Shown: piece by piece, positions 39,310 through 51,100 of the stretch
Layout of the letters: every line of letters starts with the position of its first letter
Numbering within the stretch: the stretch's first letter is position 1
From: Chrysomallon squamiferum
Lineage: Eukaryota; Animalia; Mollusca
Assembly (NCBI GenBank): GCA_012295275.1
Contig: CM022673.1
Coordinates: 22,444,001-22,508,000 of the forward strand
Direction: 5' to 3'
DNA length: 64,000 nt
Notes under the pieces: model-generated
What the model was told of the DNA's origin: nothing
Database searches by the model: none
The model's input: the letters and a program-made list of their open reading frames with translations, nothing else
Position numbers and translations under genes: made by a program

Positions 39310-41360
39310 GTTTTTGTGTGCCAAGTGTTACCTTCGAAATCTTTCCTCTTTTGAAAGTACATGGCAAGATCCGTGGCCAGAATTGTGTGTTCAATATAGC
39401 CCAGCGCAGTCCTATATTCTTCCGAACTGAGGGAGGAAAATATATTATTTCCTAAACTGTTGAGAATCATCACGCACTGGTCAAAATGATGATGTTCTAA
39501 TACTGACGTAGTGTACAAATTTGACAGGGAGGATTCAATTTCAATCTGAAAAGCATTGTTTGTTCCTCTGTGGTCAAGATCGTGGCATAGACAAGCAACG
39601 ATTAAGCAGAACATCTCGAGATCATCAAACAACTTGTTAAGACCGCCAGTGTAAAGCATGGCGAAGCAAGCCTGGCTCACGTTGAACGCATGCCGCCAAT
39701 TGTGATAGGCTACTGGACGGTAGTTTTTTTTCACACTCATTATCCACCGACATAGAACTTCGTAAGGTATGGTGAATATCTCAAGGATGTCCATTTCCAG
39801 AAACATTCTAATGGTGACCTTGGCTAGCATGAAATCGTCTAGCAGCAAATCATCGAAATCAAATGAGTAGATTGCCAACTCTTTTGATTTCGGAATCTCT
39901 GCATTGAGTAGGCTTTCCGTTTCCTCCGGCTGTGCTGTAGCATGATATGAGAGCGCATCAAAGGCAAGCTTTTGCATAGCCGTCAACCTGCAGACATGCT
40001 GATACAAAGCACAGTACTGAAGTCCAAGGCCGATATAGACCGAAAATGCTTCCATTATATTTTCATCGCGAGTATCAAAGTCCATTTCTGAAATTTTGTT
40101 CAGCTGTTGTGTGACGCCCATTACATGACCTCTACTATCGAAAATAGGCATGCACAGAACATTCTTTGCTAAAAATTCTTGACTACCATCTATATCAATT
40201 CCTCTATCACAGTCCAGTTCAGTACATGATATATTGACGATCTCCTTTGAAACAACCACTTCTTTTGCCACTCTCATACAAGGACATTGCGATAGATCAG
40301 TGGAACTCAAAGACTTCACTTCGTAAGATGTATTTACATGACAAAGAACAAAAATACGTGAGAACAGTACTTCCTCGACATCATGATATTCCTTCATACT
40401 TTCAAATTCTCCGAAAAATTCGCTTCCTTCGAATGTCTCTTCGAAATGCTCCGTCAAATAGACTTTCAATCTCTCGCACAGTGTTATCTTTGGAACGTCC
40501 ATCATGATTTTCTTTACCAGCTCTTCTTTGTCTCTCTGCTCAGTAAAAATATTTCGAGCCAAGTTTAAAAGTAAATTCTTTCGCTGGTTTTCCCTAACTG
40601 ACATGTCAAAAAGCAGAGCATTTTTCAGTTCTATACCACAGAATATCAAGTAGCGACTAAAAAGGGCTTCATCTCGTTCATCGAACTCGTGCGGTGGTCC
40701 GGAGTGCTTGTTAATAATCTGAGCTACGCCAATACACTCGCCAGTGTAATCCAAAATAGGCATGCAAAGAATACTGTGTGTACGATATCCCGTTTTGTTG
40801 TCCATATCTTTACAAAATCTCGAATCGTCATATGCTTCCGAAATGTTGATAGTTGTTTTGTTTGCAGCTACGGTTCCAGCTATTCCAGTTCCAAAAGGAA
40901 CTTTTACTCCACTTTCTTCTGTAGTGAGAGATTCTTCGAAAGTTGAAGTTCGAGTAACATTCAGTTTTAAATAGAGGTATTTCTCTTCGTTTGTACCTCT
41001 CGTCAGAAAAAGACTACTCCGGTCACTGTCGGTAAGAATACTCACATTATGCAACAGTTTATAGCAAACCACGTCGAAATCAAGATCACTTCCTAGATCT
41101 TTTACTAGCTCGACAAACATATCAGTCTCATTCATTTGTTGAACCTTTTGTTTAGTTACTTTCCAGTTTCCTTCCAGGTGTTCAGAATGACACGAAAATA
41201 GGTCTTCGTGTATTTTGTGGACTCCTAACTGCCGAATCCTTTTCTCTGATAAATGGTCCAAATAATGAGCGACAAAATCTGTATCATTGTCAAGCCATTC
41301 TACTATGTCTTCATCGTCGAAATCTGATTCTTCAACATCATTTGAGGTTTCCTTCAACAT
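37428..41360 (-). CDS. GAF-GAF class I cyclic-nucleotide phosphodiesterase (PDE5/6/11-like), copy A, about 833 aa, 2 exons
   Basis: Exon 1 is 41360-39332 (donor G|GTAACA); exon 2 is 37900-37428 (TTTTCCAG acceptor). Two GAF domains (NK...FD..DE), [41 protein letters not shown], and the invariant Gln in LQVGFFD. Confidence 0.93.
38447..38647. repeat. Compound (TA)n/(TACA)n/(TGTA)n microsatellite with rough inverted symmetry in the PDE-A intron
   Basis: Read directly; TACA runs on the left mirror TGTA runs on the right. Confidence 0.9.
39239..39305. repeat. (CT)n microsatellite just inside the PDE-A intron
   Basis: Read directly; it explains the ERERER tail of the 719-aa ORF. Confidence 0.95.
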
Positions 41361-41687
41361 TTTAACGTAATACTTTCGTGCTTTTTAAAAAATGTATTTA
41401 TTTATTTTTTATCGTGAACCGGCTAAATTTTACTGTAATATATTTTGTTTATCTTATTTCCTTTATTTCCCCAGGCTATCGAGTTTATATTTACAGCATC
41501 TGTTATTTCGTTCATCTGAATTTTATTTTTACCGAGCAAATTATCATTTGACTAAGCACAGCATCGTCCTTATGGCTAAATTATAATTACAAAATAATAT
41601 TTGAAAAATTACATACAATAAGTCCTAAATTATTTAAACTGATTACAATACTACCATATACAAATCATAAATGCAACTGAAAATACG

Positions 41688-41717
41688 TGACGTCAACGTA
41701 AAAAGTGCCTGACGTAA
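41688..41717. promoter_or_regulatory. Paired CRE sites (TGACGTCA + TGACGTAA) upstream of PDE copy A
   Basis: Full CRE palindrome at 41688-41695 and a variant at 41710-41717, about 330 bp 5' of the ATG. Confidence 0.55.
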
Positions 41718-42132
41718 AGAAAATAAAAATGTGTAAACTACAAATTACATCCAAACATACCTTTGTTAATAATAATTAAGTGAAAGTAATTGTTAAATTT
41801 TTCACTTATAAAATTTTATAAAACCGACTTCTGATTCACCACTATCTTCTATCTGTAAGGACATTTCTCATGTTACAATTTCGGAATGAAAGCTGCAAAT
41901 TCGATCTTGGATGCTGTTAAAGATTACGGCTAACGACCTTATATGAACTAAAATGTTTTAATACTTAATAATAAAATGTTAAAATTGGCGGATAAATATT
42001 AGAGTTTTATCTTTTTGGCACCAACAGACGTCTACCCTGAGCCCTTGTTAAACCGCAGCTCTGCAGTAATAATAAGTATTGATATGACTCATTAGTGCCA
42101 AAATGTTCTAACCCATGTCAATCATTTAACTA

Positions 42133-42184
<52 letters not shown>

Positions 42185-42443
42185 CAACCTAAATACAAAG
42201 AAAAAATGAATCCATAGGATATAAAGATATATATATTTCATCAATATTTGTACCACCAGTCTTAAATGGTGAATATTTTATAATTTCTTTTTAGACATAA
42301 CACAAAATAAATATTATACAGGATATTCAAAAAGAATGACATTAATTGTATTATGTCCTTTTTGTGCTCTTATTGTTTCATTTCACTTTTAAATTTTGAT
42401 TCCAAACACTTTCAAGGATTAAATGTAAATCAAGTGATAAAAT

Positions 42444-43127
42444 TTAGGGCGGGTGAGTTGGTGAAGAATTATCCGTTGACGATGAAGTCAAAGGCGTCGT
42501 GACATGAGACGAAGTCGTGCCATGAGACGAAGTCGTCAGTTGACTCATAGGGGACGAACCCAACGGCGTCAACCGGGGCGGCTCTTCGAGTTCAAAAACC
42601 TTGGCATTCTCAATGTCTGCTAACGTCTTCCATTCCATGCCGTTGTTTTTGCAACCAGTGAGCAGTGGTTCAAGCCGAGGCTCGAACTTAGCAAAGCATT
42701 CGTACAACGGCATGCAGACAATATCAAAAAAACCCATTTGCAGCTTAGGAAGTTCGTTCCTCTTATTGCGATCCATCATCACTGTTGGGTCCACACCGAG
42801 TTTCGTTCGCTCAAGATCGCCCTGCTCAAAGAATTCACTAGCCACGAGCTTGGCCGTTCTGAACTGGACTTTCCAAGGCTTGTATGTAGCGGAGAGGTCG
42901 CAAGCTGTCATTATCATGGACGTCAAAAGGTCTTTTCTAGCTGGAGTATTAAATTTTCTATCCGATTCCTTACAGGCTTCTACACAAATAATAAACAGAT
43001 TTTATCAGCTTATTCTGAAGAATTTTTAATTTATTACTTAATTAATTATTTTATTTTATTTTATTTTATTTCATTTCATTATAATAATAATAATAATATG
43101 AAGAAAAAAAAAAACACACACACACAA

Positions 43128-43174
<47 letters not shown>

Positions 43175-45291
43175 TAAAAAATAATCTGTTATAAAGACTA
43201 ATTAATTAAAAACAAAAAATATGCACCTATAAACTCAGCCTTCTTGGAGAAATAGACAACAAGGTCTGTAGATAAAATGGCATGTTCAATGCAGATTAGA
43301 GCCTTTCGATAGTCTTTTGAAGTAAGGCAGCCAAATATATTGTTGCCTTCACTGTTCAGTATCATTATGCACTGGTTAAAATGATGATGTTCCATTACAG
43401 ATGTGCTGTATAGAGTAGCAAGAGGAGACTCCACTTTCACCTGGTATGCATTATTTGTCCCTCTGTGGTCAAGATCATGGCAGAGGCATGCAACAACTAA
43501 GGAGAATATTTCCAGATCATTATACATTCTGTCCATTTTCCCAGTGTAGAGCATTGAGAACATACTCTGACACACGTTGAACGCATGGCGCCAGTTGTGA
43601 TATATTACAGGTCGATAGTTCTTTTTAACACTGAGGACCCATCGACACATAACCTCATAAGGAACTTTGAATTTCTTTAAAATGCCGGCATCTATAATCA
43701 TTCGAATACTTGCCTTGGCTAACTCAAAATCGTCCATGTTGATGTCGTCCATTTCAAATGAATACAATTGCCAATGTTGTGCTTTGGGAATATCTGATTT
43801 GACCAGAGCCGCCGTTTCATCTGGTTGTGCTGTGGCATGATACGAAAGAACTTCAAGAGAAACTTTTTGTTTTGCCATCAATTTACAGACGTGTTCGTAC
43901 ATTGTGCAGTTATGAATTCCAAGACCAGTGAAAATTGAAAAGGCCTCGATAAGTTTTTCGTCACTTTTATCGAAAAAATCCTTACCAATTTTATTCTTCT
44001 GTTGCGTGACACCTATAATTTGCCCCTTGCTATTAAATATTGGCATTGTCAAAACACATTTCATTTTCAACTCATTCTCATCCATACTGGCTGTACCATA
44101 CCTAGACCTCACTTCAAGTCCAGTCAGGTTTATGGCTTTTTTGGAAACAACTACATCTTTCGCTACTTTCGCGCTCATAGACTGTGTTAGGGCCGAACCG
44201 ATCAATGTTGTAATGGTGTTACCCTCTTTGATGTTTATGTCGTAGGCAGTGGAAAATACAACCTCTTTGTCAGACTTATAGTCTTTGATTTTAATATTTT
44301 CATTATCCGCATTGCTTTCAAGCGACTCGGCAAAGTTTTGTAACAGATATACTCTAGATCTTTCGCAATTTGATATCTTTTGAACATCTATCATAATCTT
44401 CTCAATCAGTTTAGATAGATTCGTTTGCTCAGTGAAAATGTTCCGAGCTAAATTCAGCAGTATTTGATTCCGACGAAATTCATTGACGGACATTTCGAAC
44501 AACTGTGCATTTGTTAGTCCAATTCCGCAGAACATTAAGTAGCGTTCGAAAAGATCGATGTCTTTTTGGGTGAATGCTGTAGAATCATCGCATTTGTTCA
44601 TTATATTGGCGACAGCAATACATTCACCATCCTTATCCAAAATAGGCATACACAGCAGATTCTGAGTATGGTAACCAGTTTTTAGATCTATTTCTTTGTT
44701 GAATCTAGAGTCCTTGTAGGCGTCTGGTACATTAATATATTTCTTTGTTTCAGCAACCGTTCCTATTATCCCTTTTCCAAAAGGTATTCGAATTTCGTTT
44801 TTTTCAGTGGAAAGATTTTCTTCTAATGAAGTTGTTCTCGAGACATCAAACAACTTTGAAACTAAATACTTGTTTTGGCCTGAACCTCTGACTAAAAACA
44901 GACTACAGCGGTCACTTTTAGTAAGAATACAAACATTACGTAAAATTTTGTGACATAATATATCCACGTGCAGTTCTGCTGCAATATCTTTAACTAGGCC
45001 CATAAATAATTCAGTTTCGTCTGTTTCCATCAAGATATGTGAAGGAACTGGGCTCAATTCTCTCTGCTGGTTGACAACTCTTTCCAACAGAGCTCCGCTG
45101 GTTGAAAGACTAAGCGAAAGCCGTGCTCTTTCGTATCGTGCAACACCGAGTTGGTCTAACAGTTCCCGCGAAGCAGTTCTGAGGTAACTGGCCAAAAAAT
45201 CTGGGTGATTATCCAACCATTTTTTCTTCTGAGATTCATTCATTGACTTCATCGCCTTATTTATCCACATCTTCAATAACAGTTCTTTCAT
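42444..45291 (-). CDS. GAF-GAF class I cyclic-nucleotide phosphodiesterase (PDE5/6/11-like), copy B, about 850-866 aa, 2 exons
   Basis: Exon 1 ends at 43227 (G|GTGCAT); exon 2 is 42979-42444. The start ATG is uncertain (45291, 45270, 45252 or 45243). N-terminal WLDNHPDF motif, SKLFDV in [39 protein letters not shown]. Confidence 0.93.
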
Positions 45292-45323
45292 TGCAATTAA
45301 AAAGAAAATTAAGAAACAAAATG

Positions 45324-45347
45324 TGACGTCATAGTAATATGACGTAC
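45324..45347. promoter_or_regulatory. Paired CRE sites (TGACGTCA + TGACGTAC) upstream of PDE copy B
   Basis: Full palindrome at 45324-45331 and a variant at 45340-45347, immediately 5' of the candidate ATGs. Confidence 0.55.
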
Positions 45348-47633
45348 AAAAATCGGTTTTGGCGAACATAAATGATAATGTTATCCCAAGGTAAGTCAAA
45401 TCTAGAAAATTATGGTTGAAAAAAAAAAAAAAAAAAAAAATATATAAAAAGTCTTCTTAGCTTACATCAAAAATCTAGAATCAGAGCCACGGTTTACATT
45501 ACATATCTATTTTGTTATCTTCCGGTGAATCTTTTCTTTTATAAAAGTTTATGTCCACATTTAGTTAACACACAGTGACACAACATCGTGCAGTAATATG
45601 TATCACACCACCACGGATATCGGTTATGTCCGAACAAATTTAGTGATACATTCTTTTACTAATGCATACAATTTTAATTATGGAAATTGAAGACACTACG
45701 CATCTATACCCGCTAAATAAAATATACCTTAATTCATAAGCAGCTAGGTTTCATTTGATTTTATTGTTTTTTCAGTATGATAACATCAGAGATGACAGTG
45801 GTTAAGCTTGTGCATTTAAGATGTAATACTAAATGTTAACTGAATATTTAGAAATACATTATATATCTATTTATCTTCAGTGTCACTTATTAGCAATTAA
45901 GCTTATTTTTGATATTCATAATGATGTTCTTTTAATGAATATATTTTTACTTTCATATATTTTAAAAATGCTAAGGTACTGCTTTTCCTTGGGATTGAAA
46001 AAAGAAGAATTTAAAAACAAATACTGTTGTGATCATCACGGTCTTTGTATCCAGTTTTCTTCAAAGATAATACAACAGCAATAATAAAATGAAAAGGCCA
46101 AGAAGAAAAAGAAAATGAATATTTATTTATAAAAAGTGTATTTATAAAAAAATTAAAAGAAAGACAAAAATATGTTTAATGACATCCCAGCATGTATCAC
46201 ATTGCCTTTAGGTGGAAGTTACAGCTTGCAGTTGAATAAATTATTTGTGCAGACATCATTAAACACATTTTGTAGGTATGGTTAGAGTTCTACAAATATC
46301 AAAAAGTAAAACATTTATAGATGTTTTGCTTACCCACATAGATATTTACTTACGTAAAGTACTGGCATTTTGACTGAATTGCAACAGTATGCATTGCATG
46401 ATTGGAATGTTGCAGTAGTTGCTGTTTATATGTACCAAAATGGAGATGTAATACAGAAATGAATAAATGTTCTATGTAAATCTTTGTATGTCTCAATTTG
46501 GAAAACAGTTTGTTAACAATCATAAAATTACATGAAAAAATGTGGTCATAGTCATAAAAATTAAGGTTGTGAGAAATACGGAAAGGCTCATTTTTATTTC
46601 ATTTTATTAAAATAAAATCTAAGTAAAGACTGCATTATTTCTGATTTTATACAAACAGATGTTAGCATATCTATAACAAAACTTATTTATCAGTGATGCA
46701 ATTGAAACTGATATACATGCATATTTTTTTTTGTTGAAACATTAGCTTACATCTAAGACCTTTTTCTGTTAACTGTTACAGGAAATCTTAAGGGAATGAT
46801 CACAAGAGATATTTCATTAATAACAGAAGCAGTAAAATGAACACCAGACTGCAAAAATAATTATGAAAATTACACTAACTTAATAATTTATTTAAATAAA
46901 TGTTAGCATCATTTTAAAAAGATCTTTTCCAGCCTTGGTAAATATATTTTCAATAAACTGACACTTTATGGGTCAATGGGTTGACTTGGTACTACAAATA
47001 TTTATTTTCCTGGTACATTTGAAAATCTGTTGAGGAATGGCCACCTCTTCTTACTGTGTAAGAGTTTTGTGTAATGAAAAACAAAGAGGTTTGTACTTGT
47101 AGCCACTTTTACAACACAGTTCACCAAAATCTACTTTGTTAACTGTGTACCTAGTTCTGGATGGCACTGTCAGAAATCTCACATAAGTAAGCTGGTATTT
47201 TCACTCCTGTTACATTTAAAAGTTCTGACATTTTTAACTGAATTTTTGTTTGTCAGTCATACATGTGTTTATTTTCTTGTACAGAAGACTGAATCTTATA
47301 TTCATTTTGCCTTTGTTTTTGTTTTTTTTGTCTATAAAACTGAATCTATATTTCCTTGTTACTGAAATAATCTTCAGCAAACTGTGTATCAGTCATGTTA
47401 TTTTCACAAACCAGGAATCAATATTTTTAAGGAAATTCCTGTAATGGACAGTTACAAAGAATGAAGGATGTATTGACGTGTTCTATTTTACTGACTGCAT
47501 CATAACTATCTGATCTGACTATTTCTTTGGCCTTTTTTGTTGTTGTTGTAATACAAATAATTATATTTTAAAAATAAATAGTTATTTTATATTTGCTTTT
47601 ATATATGTATGTATGTATGTATATGTATGTATG

Positions 47634-47667
<34 letters not shown>

Positions 47668-48186
47668 TGTATGTATGTATGTTATTGTTATTGTTATTGT
47701 TGTTGTTGTTTTTATGCTTTATAATATACTGTTATAAAATTCCAGTTTCTATATTGGTAAACTGACAAATACAGGTAGATACTAAATAAAAGTCTGGCAA
47801 TTCAGATTTGAGCTGGGATGCTGTTAAACACCTTTTTTGCCTTTCTTTATCAGTTCACAAAACGATGTGTTCTACAAAAGTAATTAAAATTAAAGAGAGA
47901 TATATTACATCATTATAAATGCTTTCCTTCACAGAGACATGCAATGTAACACCAATATTTGTGAAACATTTTAATGAACATTAAATGATTCTAATGCTAA
48001 AAAGTTTTTTAAAAAATCTTTATAAAGTAGCAGACATTGTAATATATATATATATATGAGTACATTAGTGTATAAAGAAAGCATGATGCAATATATTATT
48101 TTTTTGATTTGTTGTATCAACAGCATGTTAAAGAGGTAAATAAATAATCTTCAGCTATCTTTTTCCAGGTACCATGCAGCTAGATT

Positions 48187-51100
48187 TCATATTATCTGTA
48201 AAAAGAAAATATTTATTAAACAATCACAATGTTATTTGGTTTGTAACTGTTAATTTGAAAACAAAATAAAAGAATGAGTACTATTTCATCGATGCAATTA
48301 TAAAAATATTATTAAAACTATATTTGACATTATATAACAATGGCTACCTTCTCATTATCTGAATCCATGCAGATAACAGAGAAAAACTGATATGATGGGC
48401 TACATGGGATCTTCATGTGCAATTTATTTACATCAAAGAATGAAGCCACAGATTGTTGGTGGTACTTACTGGAGGCAGTGGAGAAATCACAGCTCTCAGT
48501 GAGAATCTAACACAGCCAATGTCCTCTGTAAACTTTGCAATATCATCAACTTTAAAAAGTGGACTCTTATATCGGTTTAGTGTGACAACATGAACAGACA
48601 TGTCATTACAGTAGTCATAAGTCAACTGGGCTCTATAATAACCAAAATAAACACCAATCTGATCACCATTCCTCACTCTGATCCTTTCTTCAGGTGCAAC
48701 AGACATCGACAACACCTGCAGTCCACCTGCAATTCTGCGAAAGGTATTTTCTCCAACAAGTTCAAAACTGAAAGTGAATACATTAGCTTTATTAAAATTT
48801 TTTATTATTTTTTTATTTTTTATCAGAAATACTGCATGTTATGTATCAGTGAAACTTATTTTTAAAAAAAATTTTAATCTCAAATTATAATGATTTTCAA
48901 GGTTAAAGAAGACAAAAATACTGCTTACTGATTTGCACCAAGATCTTCCACTGGCCTCCATACTTGAAATGAAAGAGTTCCAGCTCCCCTGGTGAAGAAT
49001 TCCCATCTTATTACTTCTCCATTTCTCTCAATAAAAAAGTCATCACTATCTCCAGTGTAATAGTGAAATCTTTTACCAACATGTTTCCTCAGAATAAGAT
49101 CCACATTGTTATTTGGTCTAGTGGTGTCATCAATATCTGAATGATAGCATTAATAATGATAATAATAAATTAATGAAGACAAAACCTTTTAATAAATATT
49201 TACATACCTTTACATATTTCAACAATCTACCAGATCACATTCTTATTTTTAGCTGTAGCCTAGCTATACTAGTAATTTTCATGGAAGCAGAAAAGGGCAT
49301 GGCTCTATGGAATAGTACTTGCCTGAAACATTGTTTGGTTACAGGAACATCACTCCTGAAAATATGTACTGTCCTGTTTATATCCTATTCTAGCCTGTGC
49401 TCCAGTTACTGATATTTGCATTCCTGCTTTTGCAAAGTATTTGTGCTATTCATGCCTCTTGATATCAGTAAATAAAAATAAATGGAACTATGTATCTCAA
49501 GCTTTATCAAAAATAAAAACATTCTTACCAAGACACACTAGAGGTTTTCCAGTGAACAACCCACAGAAGATACACGCTCGGATTGCATTACCAGAGATTC
49601 GCACATAGCCGTCAATGCAAGCATGTGTGAAAGTATCCCCCCGAGTAAACCCATCTCCTTTTGTCATTGTCTCAACAAATGTTGTATTCAGTGATGTCTT
49701 TGGTAGAGCACAATGACTGTCTGCAACAACAGTTGTATTAACACTAAAACTTAAAACATGTCTTAGTTATAACATTGTATAATAAACATAAAATAATTTC
49801 CTAAATTAAATGTTTGATGTTTTTAATTTAGAAACTTAATATTTGTTACAGGTTAAAGGTTTTTCTTACTGTACAACAAAACTTTCATAAAATGATAATT
49901 TTCATTTTATGTACAGTTCTATAGAATGATTACACTGGTTATTTGAAGTCTTTTAAAACAAAAATGGCATTATGAAATAAAAAGAAAGAAAACTATTTGT
50001 ATAGCAAATTATTTTAATTGATGAGAACCCACCACTTTCTGTGTCACAGAAGCCACAAGTAAAATGACATTCATGTTTTGCAAAGTCAGGAAAATCAAAG
50101 CAGAATGTTGGCCTCACTCGGAGCAGATCTTGACATGTACGCCTTCTGTCCTTGCACATGCTTGGTTCTTGCAAAAAATATTATAATCTCTTTTAATCAT
50201 TGTTATAATATAATACACTTTTCAGATAAACTTAAATTAAAGCCATCTTATTTCACAAAACCTAGCTTCATCTGACATTTAAGTATTTAACAAGCATGAG
50301 CTTCCTAGAGAAATACATTTAAATAATGAAGACATAAATATTAAAATTCATTTCATGGCAAAAATAAATTTAAATGTTAGATTTATAGTTTTTAGATGAA
50401 ATAATGTTTCCCCTAACTTGTAGATTACCTGTGTGAAACCTATGTATTTTTTGTTGTTGTTAAAACTGTGTGGCATTAAATTACTTTGAAAAATATCTGA
50501 AACCTACCATCAAGTCGGTACTGACAAACAAAGCGATGTTTCTCATACCAAAAACATTTAACATCATTCCACTTTTTGTCAGCCATTATTATTGCACAGT
50601 CTTCATTTTTATAATCATTAGGCTGTCCTGTAAGATAATGATGATTAAAGTTAAAATATTAAAAAATTAAAAAAGATTTTATAATCTCAACTTAAGTTTA
50701 ATAAATATCTACATTATTAGTATCTGTGATAAAAGATTGCTAACTTTATAATTTAAATAAAATAATCTATCTCAAGATAATTTTGATTAAACATTGTTGT
50801 AAAAATAAAATAGTGATTAAAAAACAGAGTGGATGAAGTGGGTGAAGTAATGGATGGATGTTTGAGTCTTGCCTCTTTTCCAGTTTTTATATATAAGTTT
50901 CTTGCCATCAGGATACACCCAGTTACCCTCTTCTTCTCTGTCAGTTGCTGCATGCCAAATAGTCTTTCCTTGTTCCCTTGAAATAACATATATGTAGCAA
51001 ATATATGTTAAAAAAACACACAGATATTTAAAAAATATGAATACTATGAATGTTTTTACTCATAAAAAGCAACGTATATTCTGGTATCTAAATTTAAAAT

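Noticed and set aside
39201-39331. ER-repeat C-terminus of the 719-aa PDE ORF
   Set aside because: Read-through into the intron's (AG)n microsatellite; the real exon ends at 39332 and splices to 37900.
42601-44245. Plus-strand ORFs of 105-148 aa antisense to PDE-B
   Set aside because: Shadows of the coding strand with no recognisable motifs.
45292-45399. Hydrophobic N-terminal extension of PDE-B in the ORF track
   Set aside because: It starts at TTG, overlaps the CRE pair and has no counterpart in copy A; probably promoter/UTR.
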